DNA from: an uncultured Phycisphaeraceae bacterium
Lineage (GTDB): Bacteria > Planctomycetota > Phycisphaerae > UBA1845
Length of the DNA stretch: 64,000 nucleotides
Assembly (NCBI GenBank): GCA_964526695.1
Contig: CAZGJA010000091.1
Span: forward strand, 82,036 to 146,035
Direction: 5' to 3'
Shown: positions 60,064 through 64,000 of the stretch, piece by piece
Layout of the letters: each line of letters starts with the position of its first letter
Numbering within the stretch: the first letter of the stretch is position 1
The notes under the pieces: generated by a model
Databases searched by the model: none
Told to the model about the DNA's origin: nothing
The model's input: the letters and a program-made list of their open reading frames with translations, nothing else
Position numbers and translations under genes: made by a program

Positions 60064-62151
60064 ATGTTTCTTGCCAGTGTCAACAGTACGTTGATCACCG
60101 TCGGCGCGCTGCTGTTTGTTCTGACGATTCTCCTTATCACGGGCCTGGGCGGCATCCGCTTTATCCCCAACAAGCGGATCGGCATCGTCGAAAAGCTCTG
60201 GAGCGGCGCAGGGTCCGTTCAGAGCGGTCTGATCGCGCTGGAGGGCGAGGCCGGTTTTCAACCCGGCATTCTGCGCGGCGGTCTGCACTTTCTGACGCCG
60301 TTCCAGTACCGGGTGCACTCGATGCCGCTGGTGACGATCGCGCAGGGGCAGATCGGCTACGTGTTCGCGCGCGACGGAAAACCGCTGCCGCCGACGCAGA
60401 CCCTGGCGTCCAACTTCGACGTGATGGGCTTCGAGGATGTGCGCGCCTTCCTCACCGGCGGCGGGCAGCGCGGTCCGCAGCGCAACGTCCTGCGCGAAGG
60501 CACGTACGCCATCAACATCGCGCAGTTCGCCGTCGTCACGCGCGATCAGCTTTATTACCTGCCGCTGGAGCGCGACGACCACGCCGTCTTCAAAAACATG
60601 CAGTCGGAGATCTCCGCGCGGGACGGCTTCGAGCCGGTCATCATCCGCGGCAGCGACGACATGATCGGCATCGTCACGGTGCACGACGGGCCGTCGCTGC
60701 CCGCCGGCGAGCTGATCGCGCCCGTCGTCGGCGATGATCCCGCGGAAGCGGAGACGTTCCACAACAACTTCCAGGACGCGGAGAAGTTTCTGCAAGGCGG
60801 CGGCTGTCGCGGTCGGCAACTCCAGGTCATCGTGGACGGCACGTACTACCTCAACCGCCTGTTCGCCACCGTGGAAATGCTGCCGAAAACGGTGATCGAA
60901 GTCGGCAATGTCGGCGTGGTCGTTTCGTACACGGGCGAGCGCGGCGCGGACCTGTCGGGCACCGAGTACAAGCACGGCGAGCTGGTGCGCCCCGGTCAGC
61001 GCGGCGTCTGGTCCGACCCGCTCATGCCCGGCAAGTACGCGTTCAACAGTTACGCGGGCAAGGTCGTCGCCATCCCGACCACCAACTTCATCTTGAAGTG
61101 GATTCGCAACGAAGCGGGCCAGCATCGCTTCGATGAGAACCTCAGGGAAGTGTCGCTGATCACCAAGGATGCGTTTGAGCCGTCGCTGCCGCTGTCGGTC
61201 GTGGTGCACATCGACTATCGCAAGGCGCCGCTGGTGATCCAGCGTTTTGGCGACGTCAGGAAGCTCGTCGAGCAGACGCTGGACCCGATGGTCTCCGCGT
61301 ACTTCAAGAACATCGGGCAGACGCGCACGCTGATTCAGCTTCTTCAGGATCGCGCCATGATCCAGAAGCTCGCGGGCGAGGAGATGCAGGAGAAGTTCGG
61401 GCATTACAACCTCGAGCTGGAGGAAGTGCTGATCGGCACGCCGACGTCCTCCGCCGGCGACGACAAGATCGAGAACATCCTCACCCAGCTTCGCCAGCGA
61501 CAGATCGCCGAGGAGCAGGTCGAAACCTACGCCCGGCAGGAAAAGGCCGCCGTCAAGGAGCGCGAGCTGCGCGAGGCCGAAGCCAAGGCGCGGCAGCAGC
61601 AGCACCTGACGGAGAGCGAGCTGGCCATCCGCGTGCAGGAAAACCAGGGCAAGGCCGAGTACCAGCGCGCTCTGCAGCAGGCCGCGCAGATGCGGGCCAT
61701 CGCTGAAGCCGAGGGCGCTCGAATCCGCACCCTGGCGGAAGCGGACGCGGCGAAGACCCGCGTCACCGGCGAGGCCGAGGCGGACAAGACCGCGCGCATC
61801 GGCGTCGCGCAGGCGGTGGCCATCGAGGAGCAGGTCCGGGCGTACGGCGGTCCGCAGTACCAGATCACGCGGCAGGTGATGGAGCGCTTCGCCGAAGCGA
61901 TCCAGCACTCCGGCGTGGACCTTGTGCCGCGCGTGGTGATCGGCGGCTCGGGCAACGGCGACGGGAAATCCGGCGGCGTCATGGGCGGCAACGTCATGGA
62001 AGGCCTGCTCGCCATGCTGCTGTCGGAGAAGCTCGGCCTGCCATCAGCGGGCGCGACATGCGAGTCGAACCCGCTGGCGGCCAAGCTGAGGCAGGAGGTC
62101 CGCGATTCGCTAAAGAGCGACGGCGCGCCAAAGGCAACAACGAGGATCTAG
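60064..62151 (+). CDS. Flotillin-family SPFH/band-7 protein
   Basis: N-terminal TM helix, SPFH domain and a long Ala/Glu/Gln coiled coil (AEAEADKTARIGVAQAVAIEEQ). Confidence 0.85.
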   Translation: MFLASVNSTLITVGALLFVLTILLITGLGGIRFIPNKRIGIVEKLWSGAGSVQSGLIALEGEAGFQPGILRGGLHFLTPFQYRVHSMPLVTIAQGQIGYVFARDGKPLPPTQTLASNFDVMGFEDVRAFLTGGGQRGPQRNVLREGTYAINIAQFAVVTRDQLYYLPLERDDHAVFKNMQSEISARDGFEPVIIRGSDDMIGIVTVHDGPSLPAGELIAPVVGDDPAEAETFHNNFQDAEKFLQGGGCRGRQLQVIVDGTYYLNRLFATVEMLPKTVIEVGNVGVVVSYTGERGADLSGTEYKHGELVRPGQRGVWSDPLMPGKYAFNSYAGKVVAIPTTNFILKWIRNEAGQHRFDENLREVSLITKDAFEPSLPLSVVVHIDYRKAPLVIQRFGDVRKLVEQTLDPMVSAYFKNIGQTRTLIQLLQDRAMIQKLAGEEMQEKFGHYNLELEEVLIGTPTSSAGDDKIENILTQLRQRQIAEEQVETYARQEKAAVKERELREAEAKARQQQHLTESELAIRVQENQGKAEYQRALQQAAQMRAIAEAEGARIRTLAEADAAKTRVTGEAEADKTARIGVAQAVAIEEQVRAYGGPQYQITRQVMERFAEAIQHSGVDLVPRVVIGGSGNGDGKSGGVMGGNVMEGLLAMLLSEKLGLPSAGATCESNPLAAKLRQEVRDSLKSDGAPKATTRI

Positions 62152-62295
62152 AAAACCCCGGTTCCCCGCGAAGGGGACGGATGTTGGAATTGGATTTCCA
62201 TCGGTCAGTGCATCAACCCGGGACGTCCGCCGCGCGACCCGTCGCGCGGGCGGGCGTCCCCCTCGGTCAGGACGTGCCGCGCCCCTCGGGCATGA

Positions 62296-62670
62296 GTGAG
62301 CCGAAACGCCATGAGCCGATCATGTGAACAGTGCGGAGCGGACAGCCCGGACATCGCCCGGTTCTGCCGGCAGTGCGGCAAGCCACTGAGCGGCCGCATG
62401 ATCCGCTCCGCGACGCGCGTCACCGCCGTGATGGAGCAGTGGCGCCGATTGTCCACGAGCATGACGCGCAAGGAATTGCGAAAACTCCTCGGCGAGCCGC
62501 TGCGCATTGAGGCGGCTGCATCGGCGGATCCGAACGCGACCGAGACCTGGCATTATGAGTATGCGGCCATCGACGCCCCCGAGGCACGCATGGATGGCAG
62601 CGTGACCTTCTCCACCGCCGAGGCAAGAGTGCTGAGCTGGACCGAACCGGACTGGCAAAAGGCAAGCTGA
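62296..62670 (+). CDS. Hypothetical protein with N-terminal zinc ribbon (CEQCG...CRQCG)
   Basis: Protein-like composition. No family recognised. Confidence 0.4.
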   Translation: MSRNAMSRSCEQCGADSPDIARFCRQCGKPLSGRMIRSATRVTAVMEQWRRLSTSMTRKELRKLLGEPLRIEAAASADPNATETWHYEYAAIDAPEARMDGSVTFSTAEARVLSWTEPDWQKAS

Positions 62671-62875
62671 ACGGCCATCGTGCGCGCTGCAGGCAGCGAG
62701 GTTCCATGCTGCATACACGCCGCGGCGTCGATCCTGATCGCCGCAATCATCACCCCCGCGCGGGCGGGGGTCCAGTCCACCCTGCCGTACCGCTGGATTC
62801 TTGCCGCCTCGCAAACCACAGGCTGGATTCCCGCCTCGCGCGGGAACGACGAACGCTGCCGTTCGCCACAGGCTG

Positions 62876-63580
62876 TTACGGCTTGCTGTCCTTGGCTTTC
62901 TCCGCGGACGACGGCCCTTGCGCGATCAGCCCGTCAAACGAGCATGACGCGTCCGCCTTGGTCCACAGACCGATGCCGCCCGCGTCCTTGAACGTGTCGT
63001 CAACGGCTTCCAGTAGCCTTTTCCCGTCGAGGAAGCACTCGATCTTATTGGCGAGCATGACCGCCCGGACCTCATACCACTCGCCGGACTTCGTCTCCAC
63101 GTCCGCGCTCTTCAGTTGGGTTCGCTTGCCGCCCTCGACCTTGTACACGCGAAAGTTGCCTTCCAGCGGATTGACGCGGCAGACATAATAGTGGTTCTCA
63201 TCCTTGCAGCGCCAGAGCAATCCGCCGCCCTGATCCGCTTTTCCGCTGTCGGCGCGGAGCATGACGCGCAGGTCCACGTCCTTGAACGACGGTTTCTCGG
63301 CGATCAGCAGGTTGAACGTCTGGTCATCCGCGCTCGTCTCCACCTTCAGCACGTTGGGCTTGCCCGGGGCCGAAGCCTCGGCGGCAACGAGCCACTTGGC
63401 GGGCTTGTCGCCGCCGCGCGTCTGTGCAATCCGCCATCCCGCGACGGGCTTGTCAACCTCGTCCTTGTCGAAGTTCCACTCGACCCGCGACGGCGCGGGG
63501 CTGGGCTTGTCCTGTGCAACGGCCGATGCGAGCAGCACGGCGCTCAATCCAATGATGGAGAGCTTGAGATACGAGTGCAT
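62876..63580 (-). CDS. Secreted jellyroll (DUF1080/LamG-like) protein
   Basis: Internal ATG 63578..63580. The signal is MHSYLKLSIIGLSAVLLASAVAQ. LLWRCKDENHYYVCRV...GNFRVYKV is a DUF1080-like pattern. Upstream of that ATG the ORF translates the heptamer repeat. Confidence 0.55.
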   Translation of the reverse strand: MHSYLKLSIIGLSAVLLASAVAQDKPSPAPSRVEWNFDKDEVDKPVAGWRIAQTRGGDKPAKWLVAAEASAPGKPNVLKVETSADDQTFNLLIAEKPSFKDVDLRVMLRADSGKADQGGGLLWRCKDENHYYVCRVNPLEGNFRVYKVEGGKRTQLKSADVETKSGEWYEVRAVMLANKIECFLDGKRLLEAVDDTFKDAGGIGLWTKADASCSFDGLIAQGPSSAEKAKDSKP

Positions 63581-63926
63581 GAATCGACTCCTTCCCTGTG
63601 AACGAACTGATGACCCGAAACTCTGGACTTCAGCAGCGGGATTATGGTCCGCCGATCCCGTCCGCACCAGGGGGCGCTCTTGAACTTCCCTGCATTTCCG
63701 CCCCGGACGATTGTCACCGGATTCGCGGGTCGATCGTGGCGATGCTCGCGTCAACAGGCCTTGGGACCGGCGCTTCGCGGCACGCCCTCTGAGCCGAAGC
63801 CCGGCGCAGGCGCGCCGCGAGGAGGTTTCCGGCCTCAAGCGTGACTGATTTCGGTTGGAAATCGCCTTGACTTGCCGACGAGTCTGTTGTATATTATAGG
63901 GCAGAGTGGGTATCAGTGTTCGGCAC

Positions 63927-64000
63927 CACCGACCACCGACCACCGACCACCGACCACCGACCACCGACCACCGACCACCGACCACCGACCACCGACCACC
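63927..64000. repeat. Heptanucleotide tandem repeat (caccgac)n, at least 10 units, continuing past the window end
   Basis: caccgaccaccgaccaccgacc... follows the promoter-like sequence ttgtatattatagg. Confidence 0.8.

Noticed and set aside
60013-61908. 631-aa minus-strand ORF across flotillin
   Set aside because: Shadow of the SPFH/coiled-coil gene.

Overview
High-GC bacterial window, probably Planctomycetota-like. The supporting signs are a GroEL with a GGM C-terminal tail, a giant FG-GAP/dockerin surface protein, DUF1080-like and sulfatase-fold exoproteins, and REP-like elements. Positions 1 to about 33271 look like a single integrated temperate prophage (at least 33 kb, extending past the window start) inserted at the 3' end of a tRNA-Lys(CTT) gene. 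The prophage carries a tyrosine integrase, HTH regulators, an iteron/operator array, a Sak4-DUF669-RusA-nuclease recombination module, a DEAH helicase plus primase-polymerase/DUF3987 replication module, a ParB-fused DNA methyltransferase interrupted by a 278-aa intein, a plus-strand block of small early-type genes, Nu1-like and GpA terminase genes, an Ogr-like zinc finger, a gpW-like gene, a lambda-family portal and an HK97-type protease-capsid fusion. Two large plus-strand genes for signal-peptide-bearing proteins sit inside the prophage against the phage gene orientation. One is a 1876-aa FG-GAP/Cys-repeat/LamG/dockerin giant between the terminase and the portal. The other is a 775-aa Kelch-Ig protein. 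Right of the tRNA lie an ISKra4-like transposase remnant and ordinary chromosome: an M14 carboxypeptidase, UspA, aroC, dus, and a groES-groEL pair split by a 1-kb insertion of three small ORFs. Beyond that is an envelope-glycan locus (O-antigen-ligase-like/TPR, a tandem pair of FGly-less sulfatase-fold enzymes, an ArnT/GT39-like transferase with a long extension, GDP-mannose pyrophosphorylase), then flotillin. There are several dispersed and tandem repeat families. No CRISPR array or rRNA was seen.
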